Positions 1 to 8,587 are shown, counted from the whole stretch's first letter. The stretch is 62,342 nt of DNA, filler included, from Globobulimina sp. (GCA_003354225.1; 35 parts of 35 records of this genome joined end to end with filler, not necessarily neighbours in it), one strand, 5' to 3'. The notes: generated from the sequence alone by a model not told the origin. Numbers and translations are program-made.

Positions 1-102
1 TTGCTATTTTGTACGTGACATTGCAATCCACGGCGAACCACAACAACAATGCGATCGATTTGGCCTTATCAATGCCGATATTATTCAGCAAACTTATCAA
101 AC

Positions 103-152
103 GCTGTCTATTGCTGTCTATTGCTGTCTATTGCTGTCTATTGCTGTCTATT
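103..152 (+). repeat. 10-bp tandem repeat (TTGCTGTCTA), about 5 copies
   Basis: Directly visible. It explains the spurious ORFs 9..200 and 49..240. Confidence 0.9.
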
Positions 153-435
153 CTATTATGCCTTTGCTGTGCTTGTGCTTGCTGTTGTTTATATCGCTGA
201 TAATCCTGCTGTTGTTTATATTGTTCGACAGATATTGTAGTAAATATTGTTGTGCTGTTGTTGTTGTTTATTATTTGCAATATTTGCTATTTCATTGTAG
301 AAATTAGGTGATGCATTTTGTGAGTTTTTAATAAAATAAAAACAATGTGTGACTTTTCAAACTGAATGCAAAAAATAAGTTAGTTCGGAGATATTGATGC
401 GATTGATTTTAATTTAATATTTGTAACAGCATCGA

Positions 436-765
436 CCGCCAATGGATTTGATTATGAAAATGCGCGGATTTGATATTTAATCATTTGACGATGGCGATAG
501 CTGTATAATCACGCGGCGATATGGCCGGTATATGTCAGTCAGGCAAGAGAGAGATGGCCGCAGTCGTATTTTACCAATGGATGGGAACAGGGAACAGGGA
601 ACTTTTCTGACTATTAAGCAATGTGTGCAGTTATATTATATGGTGCCGATGCAACCAGATTTGCCTTAGCCAACGCAGGAGATACGTTGGAAGACGCAAA
701 CTTTGAAACGGATGTGGCGAATGCAGCCATTTTGGGGTTGACCCGATTTGAGAACGTCGTGTTTG
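436..765 (+). pseudogene. Degraded eukaryote/archaea-type leucyl-tRNA synthetase fragment
   Basis: Pieces in shifting frames read DLIFNHLTMAI, ERWPQSYFTNG, GNF/LTIKQCVQL and YGADATRFALANAGDTLEDANFETDVANAAIL, collinear with the LeuRS region around KMSKS. KMSKS itself is absent and frameshifts are present. Confidence 0.75.
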
Positions 766-775
766 TTTTTGACCA

Positions 776-1686
776 TTATCGGTCAGGGAAGTTAATTCGA
801 TGTGCTGCGTTTCGGATATCATATATTGTAATCTGACAAATGCAGATCCGGATTATTATGTGGCTCACGTCAATGGTATACCATACGCGGCAAGAATTGC
901 CTTTACATAATGTATTGAGCCGGTTCTTCAAAATATCACTTAACCAGCTTTTATTATAATCTCTCTCTGCTTTAATAATATATTTTATGGATGATTTGTA
1001 TGATTCAATCGATGATGAAAATGATAATAAACTAAATCTATATTCTATCTCTCCAAACATACCACCTGTTGTATGAATAACAATTTTATTAATATTTGGA
1101 AATATGGGAAATATTTTGGGATTTATTACATTTAAATATGAATTATTCTCTGTATAAATAAGTAAATCACTTAATTCCTTAAAACGTGTTAATATTTGAT
1201 GAATACGAATCCTTAATTCTGTTTTTTTATTTACAAATAAATGAAATGAATCAATAATATATGGATCAATATCTTGTTTCTCTTTTTCTTGATTTAATTT
1301 ATTATTTATTAAGGCATTTAATATTAAAATATCTGATGCCAAAATATTTAGATTATTATCACCGAATTGGCTTGTAAATACACCAGATATGATATGATCC
1401 AATAAATAAAATGCATGGAAAAACTCTTTATAATTTTTAGCTGACTCAATTATTATTATTGACTCAATTTTTAATCTCATTCTTGTAAACATAAATAATC
1501 TCTCATTTTCATCTGAAAAATTTGAAATCCAGCTACAATCAAAATAATTTTGAAATGCGGCTTGTTGTTCATCATTTATTAATTGCATAATGATACCATC
1601 GCGTTTAGCAAATTTAATTGCAATTTCAATATCTTTTGTTGTGGAACAGGGTCCACTTAAAAATATGGCAAATGCGGAAAGAGTTA
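776..1686 (-). CDS. Protein with mono-ADP-ribosyltransferase-like (R-S-E type) motifs; 5' truncated by the contig end
   Basis: The frame is open to the contig end and reads GPCSTTKDIEIAIKFA (STS-like motif) then SWISNFSDENERLF (E-x-E-like motif). Confidence 0.5.
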
Positions 1687-1786
1687 NNNNNNNNNNNNNN
1701 NNNNNNNNNNNNNNNNNNNNNNNNNNNNNNTTAATTAATTAANNNNNNNNNNNNNNNNNNNNNNNNNNNNNNNNNNNNNNNNNNNN
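1687..1786. other. Artificial contig linker (N44-TTAATTAATTAA-N44); first of 34 such linkers spaced about 1,785 bp apart
   Basis: The same palindromic 12-mer (stop codons in all six frames) flanked by N runs recurs throughout. The intervening contigs shrink from 1686 to 1683 bp. Confidence 0.98.
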
Positions 1787-1898
1787 GTTTTTTAGGGGTA
1801 AAAAATACGTATCACAGATAGCGAATCTTGTCAATATTTATAATTATTTCAAATGGTTGTATTTTTACTGGTTAGGAAAACTCAACTCCGAAAGTTGA

Positions 1899-2252
1899 GT
1901 TAATGGTTATAAATGTGGCTTTTTGATTTGCTATGACAATTGCTTCCCTGAATTGTACACAGCCTATAAAGAAATGGGGGTAGGTTTACTTTTTCACTCT
2001 TTTCATAATGCTGAAAATAAGCATGAGACCTGTATAAAAGATCTCATGGCTGCAAATCTACTTGTACGTTCTGCCGATAATCAAATTTGGATTTCTGCCA
2101 GTAATTCATCAAAATCATATTCACCGCTTCCGGCTACAATCGCTAGGCCTGATGGCAGTGCAAATAAGGGCAAACGACATGCTACATGTATCGTTATTGA
2201 GGATTACCCTAAAGCCAAACTTGGCTGGACTTATGATAATACCAAAATCTAA
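1899..2252 (+). CDS. Carbon-nitrogen hydrolase (nitrilase superfamily), C-terminal half only; integron cassette 1
   Basis: GFLICYDNCFPE catalytic-Cys motif, RSADNQIWI and IARPDG. An in-frame TGA at 1896 removes the N-terminal half. The stop codon lies inside the R'' site of attC1. Confidence 0.8.
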   Translation, partial: VNGYKCGFLICYDNCFPELYTAYKEMGVGLLFHSFHNAENKHETCIKDLMAANLLVRSADNQIWISASNSSKSYSPLPATIARPDGSANKGKRHATCIVIEDYPKAKLGWTYDNTKI

Positions 2253-2318
2253 CATTTGTTTCCAGCGGGTGTTTTTCGTCGCAAGCGCCCAAAAACACCG
2301 TTGAAACTGGCGTTATAA
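2247..2318 (+). mobile_element. attC site 1 (integron cassette recombination site), 72 bp
   Basis: R'' ATCTAAC, 5-bp spacer, L'' TTTCCAGC, stem CGGGTGTTTTT/AAAAACACCG, L' GTTGAAA, 5-bp spacer, R' GTTATAA. An unpaired extra base is present in L''. Confidence 0.92.
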
Positions 2319-2340
2319 GTCTGTACAATAGGATCAAAAC

Positions 2341-2760
2341 ATGAAAAAACGACCATCATTCGAAGACATTTATATAGAATTTGCGGAGTTAATTTCAAAA
2401 AGATCAACTTGCAAGCGTTTAAATGTAGGAACTGTTATAACCACAACCGATTATCGAAAAGTATTAGCTGTTGGTTACAATGGGAATGCTTCTGGTTTAG
2501 AAAATAGTTGTGATCGTGAAGAGCCAGGTAATTGTGGGTGTCTCCATTCAGAAGATAATGCTACAATCAACTGCGATGCGCCTCGAGAAATTAAAAAATA
2601 TGTTTTCGTTACACATTTACCCTGCCCAATGTGTGCCAAAAGATTAATCAATCTTGGTTATGTCCAGAAAGTAATTTACAAAAACAGTTTTCGTAACACT
2701 GAATCATTAGAAATTTTTAGTAAAGTTGGGATTCCTATCTTACAATATAAGGTTACTTAA
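2341..2760 (+). CDS. dCMP deaminase family (Zn-dependent cytidine/deoxycytidylate deaminase); integron cassette 2
   Basis: RSTCKRLNVG, GYNG, H-x-E (HSE) and PCxxC (PCPMC) motifs. AGGA ribosome-binding site at 2330-2333. Confidence 0.92.
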   Translation: MKKRPSFEDIYIEFAELISKRSTCKRLNVGTVITTTDYRKVLAVGYNGNASGLENSCDREEPGNCGCLHSEDNATINCDAPREIKKYVFVTHLPCPMCAKRLINLGYVQKVIYKNSFRNTESLEIFSKVGIPILQYKVT

Positions 2761-2767
2761 CTTCGAC

Positions 2768-2860
2768 TTATAACCATTCATTGCTGCTGACCCTGACCAC
2801 AAGAGGCGAGCCTCTTATTCCCTCCTTGCGGTCGGCGGCCCCTGAACTCAACCGTTATGC
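2768..2860 (+). mobile_element. attC site 2, 93 bp
   Basis: R'' TTATAAC and R' GTTATGC with inner stem CTGACCACAAG/CTTGCGGTCGG. ACTTATAAC (2766-2774) is the exact reverse complement of GTTATAAGT (2312-2320) at the cassette start. Confidence 0.88.
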
Positions 2861-2884
2861 CTTACTCGGTAATGACAAAATCAC

Positions 2885-2913
2885 TTGGCATGTACATATA
2901 TTATACATATAAA
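2885..2913 (+). promoter_or_regulatory. Sigma70-type promoter of the TA cassette, with an overlapping imperfect palindrome (candidate operator)
   Basis: -35 TTGGCA (2885-2890), 17-bp spacer, -10 TATAAA (2908-2913). ATGTA...TACAT dyad at 2890-2908. Confidence 0.7.
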
Positions 2914-2919
2914 TAAACT

Positions 2920-3192
2920 ATGAAGATGACATGGGATCCAAATCAAGCGAATTTGAATTTCAACAAACACAATATTCGCTTTTCGGATGCAGAGTCTGTA
3001 TTTTATGATCCTTATGCCATTACTATAGAGGATATTTCATCTGAAGGAGAGCAGCGCCATATTACTATCGGAATGGATTCAATTGCACGAGTTTTAGTTA
3101 TTGTTTTTACATATCATGAAGATGAAATCAGATTAATATCTGCACGTCGTGTAACAAAAAAGGAAATACGCCAATATGAAACAGGAATATGA
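2920..3192 (+). CDS. brnT: BrnT family toxin (type II TA ribonuclease); integron cassette 3
   Basis: WDxxxAxxNxxKHxIxFxDAxxVFxDP N-terminus and IRLISARRVTKKE C-terminus; 90 aa. Confidence 0.92.
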   Translation: MKMTWDPNQANLNFNKHNIRFSDAESVFYDPYAITIEDISSEGEQRHITIGMDSIARVLVIVFTYHEDEIRLISARRVTKKEIRQYETGI

Positions 3193-3424
3193 CTTCAGTA
3201 AAGGTAAAAGGAGCGCTGTTTTACCACAAAAGGGTAAAACAAGGATTACAATTTATCTCGATAATGACGTTATCGAAGAATTCCGAAATCGTGCCGACAA
3301 ATCTGGAACCGGCTATCAAACATTGATCAACAAAGTATTAAAAGCTCATCTCAATAAATCCAATAATCCTATTGATGAAAATACTTTACGACGTGTCATT
3401 AGAGAAGAACTAAAAGCTGTTTAG
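3176..3424 (+). CDS. brnA: BrnA family antitoxin
   Basis: MKQEYDFSKGKR, ITIYLDNDVIEEFR and GYQTLINKVL motifs; overlaps the toxin by 17 bp. Confidence 0.9.
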   Translation: MKQEYDFSKGKRSAVLPQKGKTRITIYLDNDVIEEFRNRADKSGTGYQTLINKVLKAHLNKSNNPIDENTLRRVIREELKAV

Positions 3425-3438
3425 TACAATATCAGCAG

Positions 3439-3471
3439 GCATAACCCATTGCAGCGGACCACAAGGGGCGC
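3439..3471 (+). mobile_element. attC site 3 (left arm only; cut by the contig end)
   Basis: AGGCATAAC (3437-3445) is the exact reverse complement of GTTATGCCT (2854-2862). The following ATTGCAGCGGACCACAAG resembles the left arm of attC2. Confidence 0.8.
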
Positions 3472-3903
3472 NNNNNNNNNNNNNNNNNNNNNNNNNNNNN
3501 NNNNNNNNNNNNNNNTTAATTAATTAANNNNNNNNNNNNNNNNNNNNNNNNNNNNNNNNNNNNNNNNNNNNCGACAAAAAGCACCGCGATGATAGTAATT
3601 AAATCAAGCAAACATTGTAAATTGATATGCTTCGAAACATAACTTTGTTCCTTTTGATTGCATTCCAAATAACTGTTTTTAGATGTTTTTTGAAAGTTAT
3701 TTGTCGCTGACAATGAGTATCAAGACGGATAATTAGAAACAGATTTTTTCGTTGATATATATTGTGACTGCATGTTTCGATGTTGATCATGACACAGGAA
3801 AAATATTAAAAAAGTATGACAAAGTCATCTATTTCTTTGGCGATTTTAAAATAAACAAAATGTGTAAATACATACGTTTTCATTGTGACTGAAGACGGCT
3901 GAA

Positions 3904-4704
3904 TTAACTCGTTTGTGATACTTTTATTGGAAATTGTATAATTATCTGTCGCAGAGCCAAATGAATAATCTGATTTGTTATACCAATATACCGAATAAAT
4001 GCATCGTTGGCATAAATGATTGTTGTTAATATCTGAGAAGGAGCGTATGCCCCAATATATGCATTTGGACTGGTGGAGGTTTGTAAGGCAGCAACGAATA
4101 TATAGTCGTCAGTCTCTGCCGGGCACAATGACCGCAAATCTATCATCGATGTGCCATGGGAATAGGGTTGAAAATAACATTTTTGCCAACCAGATGCCTC
4201 TAAATTTGATAATGGATAATTGCTTACCACTCCACAACCATAGCATGGAGTTGATATTAATACACGCATAGAACATCCGGATGCTTTATACTGATCAGGT
4301 TCTTGATATTGTACATAACAACCGGCCGCGGGACACGTACAACTGCTACACCTTGGTGTTCTAGACCAGGTAACATTTCTTATGCCGCTCGAGTCCGGAT
4401 AATTATATAGCATACGATTTGTATCCCAATTATAAGCTTCTGATACATATATTGTATTTGTTGCCGATGCAGCTACAGTCCAATCACTAGGCAATGTATA
4501 GAAGGAATAATATTCACATCCATCAGTTGTACCATAGGGATCGGCGCCACTAATGGTCGCATAACACATTCCATCATAATGTACTGCGGGAAAACCAAAA
4601 CTGTTGCAATAACTGTCACATCCATAGGTTTTGCTGCTAAACAATGACAACGCGATTATTGTCAATATTGTTGATAATGAGAATGATGAGATCGTAGCTG
4701 CCAC
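3904..4704 (-). CDS. Secreted Cys/Tyr-rich eukaryotic protein of unknown function
   Basis: Hydrophobic signal-peptide-like N-terminus and many Cys. The ORF track starts it at GTG, so the true start is uncertain. Confidence 0.55.
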   Translation of the reverse strand: MAATISSFSLSTILTIIALSLFSSKTYGCDSYCNSFGFPAVHYDGMCYATISGADPYGTTDGCEYYSFYTLPSDWTVAASATNTIYVSEAYNWDTNRMLYNYPDSSGIRNVTWSRTPRCSSCTCPAAGCYVQYQEPDQYKASGCSMRVLISTPCYGCGVVSNYPLSNLEASGWQKCYFQPYSHGTSMIDLRSLCPAETDDYIFVAALQTSTSPNAYIGAYAPSQILTTIIYANDAFIRYIGITNQIIHLALRQIIIQFPIKVSQTS

Positions 4705-4820
4705 GCTTTCACTTTAATTTATTATATATAAAAACGGAAGTTTTTGATTAATATTTTTTACATAAAATAAAACAATATGTCTTTATTTCAAAATGCAATT
4801 ACTGTCATAATTCAAATACT

Positions 4821-4951
4821 TTCCCCGTGGTTTATTTTAGAGGGATTACTTTTTAGCACATTTTAGATCCTATGTATTGTTATCACCATCTCCCTGTATT
4901 GTGTGCGAGGATAAATCTAAAAAAAATCCCTCTAAATAAAACCACGGGGAA
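4821..4951. repeat. MITE-like foldback with 27-bp terminal inverted repeats
   Basis: TTCCCCGTGGTTTATTTTAGAGGGATT (4821-4847) matches the reverse complement of 4925-4951 at 25/27 positions. Confidence 0.75.
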
Positions 4952-5487
4952 CGTAATCGTTCACATATTGTTCGAGAGGAGAGAATGTTGATCAATTTAC
5001 AAACCATGATGATTGCGTTGTGTTTTGTGAGATAATGTTCTTGGCCATTATTGGTGCGGTCATGATAGCAACTACTGTTTTTCGCAGATAAAAAACTGAA
5101 CTTTTGCAAATCAGCAATGACAATAAATCAAAAACAAAATAATATTCATTCAAGATGACACATTCTACAAAAAAAACAATTCATGGATCAATTTCATGTC
5201 ATTGTTTTCATTTAAATTTCTTGTTTTGGATTTACTGTTTCTTTTTTTTCTTCTTCNNNNNNNNNNNNNNNNNNNNNNNNNNNNNNNNNNNNNNNNNNNN
5301 TTAATTAATTAANNNNNNNNNNNNNNNNNNNNNNNNNNNNNNNNNNNNNNNNNNNNTTAAAAATGAGAAGAAAATGCATTCTTGCTAAAGAACACGACAG
5401 AGTTAATTTTTCTAGACATTTAGTAAATGTGTCCACTTATTAAACGACTCTTTAATTATTGCACACCACACAACGGATACATGTCAC

Positions 5488-6411
5488 TCATTGTTGATTA
5501 ACATAAGCTAAATATGCATTAAACTCAAGTTTAGTTTGTCGTTTATTAACTGCTTGTTTTTGAAATTTGCCATCTTTAACATACAATATTCTGTCCGCAT
5601 ATACTTCCAAATCTCCATTATGTGTCACCATGATGCACGTCGTCTTTTTATTTTGGTTGATTGATAATATAATATCCATAATTTCGATTGTATTTCTTGT
5701 GTCTAAATCGCCAGTGGGCTCATCTAACAACAATATTTCCGGCTCATTTGCCAATGCTCGAGCTATGGTCACGCGTTGTTGCTCACCACCGGACAATTCT
5801 GATGGTAGATGTTCTAAGCGGTCGCCTAAGCCCACCAACTCTAATAAGGATATTGCCCGATTCTTACATGCCTTTTTGCTCAATGTTCCATGTATAATCA
5901 TCGGCAATTCTACATTCTCAAATGCTGACATTGTTGAGATTAAGTTGAATGTTTGAAATACGAAGCCAATCTTCCTTAGACGCAGGTTTGCTAAGTATCT
6001 ATCCGATGAATCTTTGTTAACTAAAGATGATAATATCTCAATTGTGCCTGTTGTGGGATAATCCAATGTGCCGAGCATATTTAGCAAAGTTGTTTTGCCT
6101 CCACCCGATGGTCCGCGTATCATTAAAAATTCGCCACGTTTGATGGCTCCAAATTCGGTGTCTCGCGCCAATGTGACACCGGATAATGCATTGATCACTT
6201 CATCACGACCGACAATGGTAAATTGCTTCCGGACATCTCGTACTTCAATTATGGCTTCGCCTAACTGTTTGCTTATATACTCACTCACATTATTATTAAG
6301 GTTGTTATTATTCGATCTCTCTTCGACAATATTGGAGGGAATATCTTCAGTTTTTTCATCATTTAAAAGTTCCGTACCATTGTGGCTGTTTGTTGATGCA
6401 TAGGTGCCCAT
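5488..6411 (-). CDS. ABC transporter ATP-binding protein, LolD/MacB/FtsE type, with a low-complexity N-terminal extension
   Basis: Walker A GPSGGGKT, Q-loop GFVFQTFNL, signature LSGGEQQRV, Walker B LLLDEPTGDLD and H-loop VTH. Confidence 0.93.
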   Translation of the reverse strand: MGTYASTNSHNGTELLNDEKTEDIPSNIVEERSNNNNLNNNVSEYISKQLGEAIIEVRDVRKQFTIVGRDEVINALSGVTLARDTEFGAIKRGEFLMIRGPSGGGKTTLLNMLGTLDYPTTGTIEILSSLVNKDSSDRYLANLRLRKIGFVFQTFNLISTMSAFENVELPMIIHGTLSKKACKNRAISLLELVGLGDRLEHLPSELSGGEQQRVTIARALANEPEILLLDEPTGDLDTRNTIEIMDIILSINQNKKTTCIMVTHNGDLEVYADRILYVKDGKFQKQAVNKRQTKLEFNAYLAYVNQQ

Positions 6412-6666
6412 GGTTTGTGGAGTAATAGTTTTTAAATCTCTGTGTTACTAAGAGCTGGATGAATATGCGGCACCAAATTGAACAGTACTGGTTTGACGCC
6501 TGATCAAAATGTCTGGTTTTTCACTTATGAGATTTGCACATTTCATAAATAAAAATGTTTAAATGTATAGCATAGTAATCGATTTATCATAGTAATAAAT
6601 TATGTGTGTTTTTACTTTTTTGAGTTTTTTCTCGAACAAGAAACAAGTCTGACAATTATAAGCTTT

Positions 6667-7021
6667 TTACTCTACATTATTTTCTTTACAATTACCAATT
6701 ATTATTCGTGTTTCATAATATCCAGGATAAATATCAATTATTTCTTGATCTTTATCAAAATAATTTGAGTTAAATAATAATGGTTTCTTAATACAGTACG
6801 ATTGATCGGCACCATGATCATATAAACATTGATTATACTGATTATATCCCCATAAATAATATTTATTATCCTCTGTTTTAATAATATTATGCTGTGCACC
6901 ACATTTAATATCAATAATTGTTTCCTTTTTTAATGTTTCATTTGGTTGCGGCAAATATACAGTTTCCTCTGAACCATTACCACATTGATACTCCGCATTC
7001 ATTCCAAAACAATATATCTTA
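6667..7021 (-). CDS. RCC1-repeat protein, C-terminal fragment
   Basis: FGMNAEYQCG, IIDIKCGAQHNII and YLWGYNQYNQC match the RCC1 repeat pattern. Confidence 0.75.
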
Positions 7022-7295
7022 TTTATTTATTTATTAAAATANNNNNNNNNNNNNNNNNNNNNNNNNNNNNNNNNNNNNNNNNNNNTTAATTAATTAANNN
7101 NNNNNNNNNNNNNNNNNNNNNNNNNNNNNNNNNNNNNNNNNAGTTTTGTATTAAAATACAGTTATGGCCGTGGAAGACCTTTAGTTTACACTGTGCGTTA
7201 TTGAAATATTCAATTTGTTTTAAAAGATTGTCAACGATGTCCATGATAAAAACTTATAAAATTAGCTAGTACGTTTTTTTTTAGTATTCTTGAAA

Positions 7296-8504
7296 ATGGG
7301 AAACAAAATACCCAGTGGAAACCTTCAAGAACGACAGATAAATGAGAAAATAAAAGAAAGGTTGCTTGAATTGTCCAAGTCAGGCCGGTTTGCCAAGAGA
7401 GTGCTGTTATTATCTACCAAATCAGCTGGTAATACCACTATTTGTCGATCTGTGAGTGCATATAGTTCAAGTCATAAACGTGAGACGCGGCAATTACAGC
7501 ACAAATGTCTAGAAATGGCAATGAATCTATGTCAAATGACTGGTGATCACCAAAGCTATGTTAAGTTGCAAAGTTTATCTGTTGACAAAGAAAATGATTT
7601 AGCAGAGATTGCTATGGTTGTATCTAATATATGGAACAGAAAAACATGTCAACAAAAATATTCATACCGTCACATTGATAGGAAATATGGTGATATAATG
7701 ATGGATAATATCGCATATTTCTTTGATAAAATTGGTTTGATTATGTCTCCAAAATATACACCGATTGAGGAAGATATTAGGCGATGCCACATTTTTTGTG
7801 GCCGTGCAATTGCAGAATCAGAATGTGCAAATTGCAGAATTTTTATGTGCAAATTAATTGATGTTCCAACATATTATTTGAATAATATAAAGAAGAGAGG
7901 TTATATGGTGTTTGATAATGTTGATGTTGTGATATTTATTGTTTCTTTGAGTGATTATGCTGTTTATAACCAATCTGTGAGCAAAAACGCAATGAAACAT
8001 TCAATGGAAATGTTTGATACAGTTCTAAATTGTAAGTGGTTGGACCATGGCAGCAGTATTGGCCTGATGTCATTATATTATACTGAAGTCATTTTATTTT
8101 TAAATAAATCTGATATATTTAAGGAGCAGATAAAAAATGGTATCTCTTTATCAGAGTGTTTTAGTGTTGCTGATGGATGGCACATTGAAGACGATTATGG
8201 AAATATAAAACTAAGTATGAGTGTACCATGCATTGTCAGGAATGTGTGCAAAGAGACTCATATGGAAATGGCTGTTGATATTATACTGTTAATTCAGAAA
8301 TATGTGGGCGTGACAGATAAGGATGAAGCAGAATTGGATGCATATTGCAGTGATGGTGCCAAGTTTATACAGAACAAGTTTGAAATGCTGATTAAAAATA
8401 AAAATAAACACGTTTATTCTTACATAACATGTGGTATTGATAAAGATCACATGGCGAAAATATTTTGGGATGTACGACAGATTCTGATGAGACGGGGAAG
8501 CTAA
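7296..8504 (+). CDS. Divergent heterotrimeric G-protein alpha subunit
   Basis: MGN N-terminus, helical domain YFFDKI..YTPIEEDI, FDNVDVVIFIVSLSDY, ILFLNKSDIF (G4) and YITCGID (G5). G1 and G3 are degenerate. Confidence 0.85.
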   Translation: MGNKIPSGNLQERQINEKIKERLLELSKSGRFAKRVLLLSTKSAGNTTICRSVSAYSSSHKRETRQLQHKCLEMAMNLCQMTGDHQSYVKLQSLSVDKENDLAEIAMVVSNIWNRKTCQQKYSYRHIDRKYGDIMMDNIAYFFDKIGLIMSPKYTPIEEDIRRCHIFCGRAIAESECANCRIFMCKLIDVPTYYLNNIKKRGYMVFDNVDVVIFIVSLSDYAVYNQSVSKNAMKHSMEMFDTVLNCKWLDHGSSIGLMSLYYTEVILFLNKSDIFKEQIKNGISLSECFSVADGWHIEDDYGNIKLSMSVPCIVRNVCKETHMEMAVDIILLIQKYVGVTDKDEAELDAYCSDGAKFIQNKFEMLIKNKNKHVYSYITCGIDKDHMAKIFWDVRQILMRRGS

Positions 8505-8587
8505 TTGTAAATTGTTTGTCCAAAGTGTGAATTGTTTTGTATGAAGAAACTAGGACTTCAAAACTTTAAGAAATCAATTTTAACAAT

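Noticed and set aside
9-240. Cys/Leu-rich small ORFs
   Set aside because: They are products of the 10-bp tandem repeat and low-complexity DNA.
1871-1877. GTTAGGA as the attI/R' start of the nitrilase cassette
   Set aside because: It is not the exact complement of R'' ATCTAAC, and it is too close to the mid-gene catalytic motif to leave room for the N-terminal half.
5567-6403. Plus-strand ORFs opposite the ABC ATPase (and similar antisense ORFs over recF, Sec24, the kinase and GCN1)
   Set aside because: They are shadow frames of well-supported genes and have no motifs of their own.
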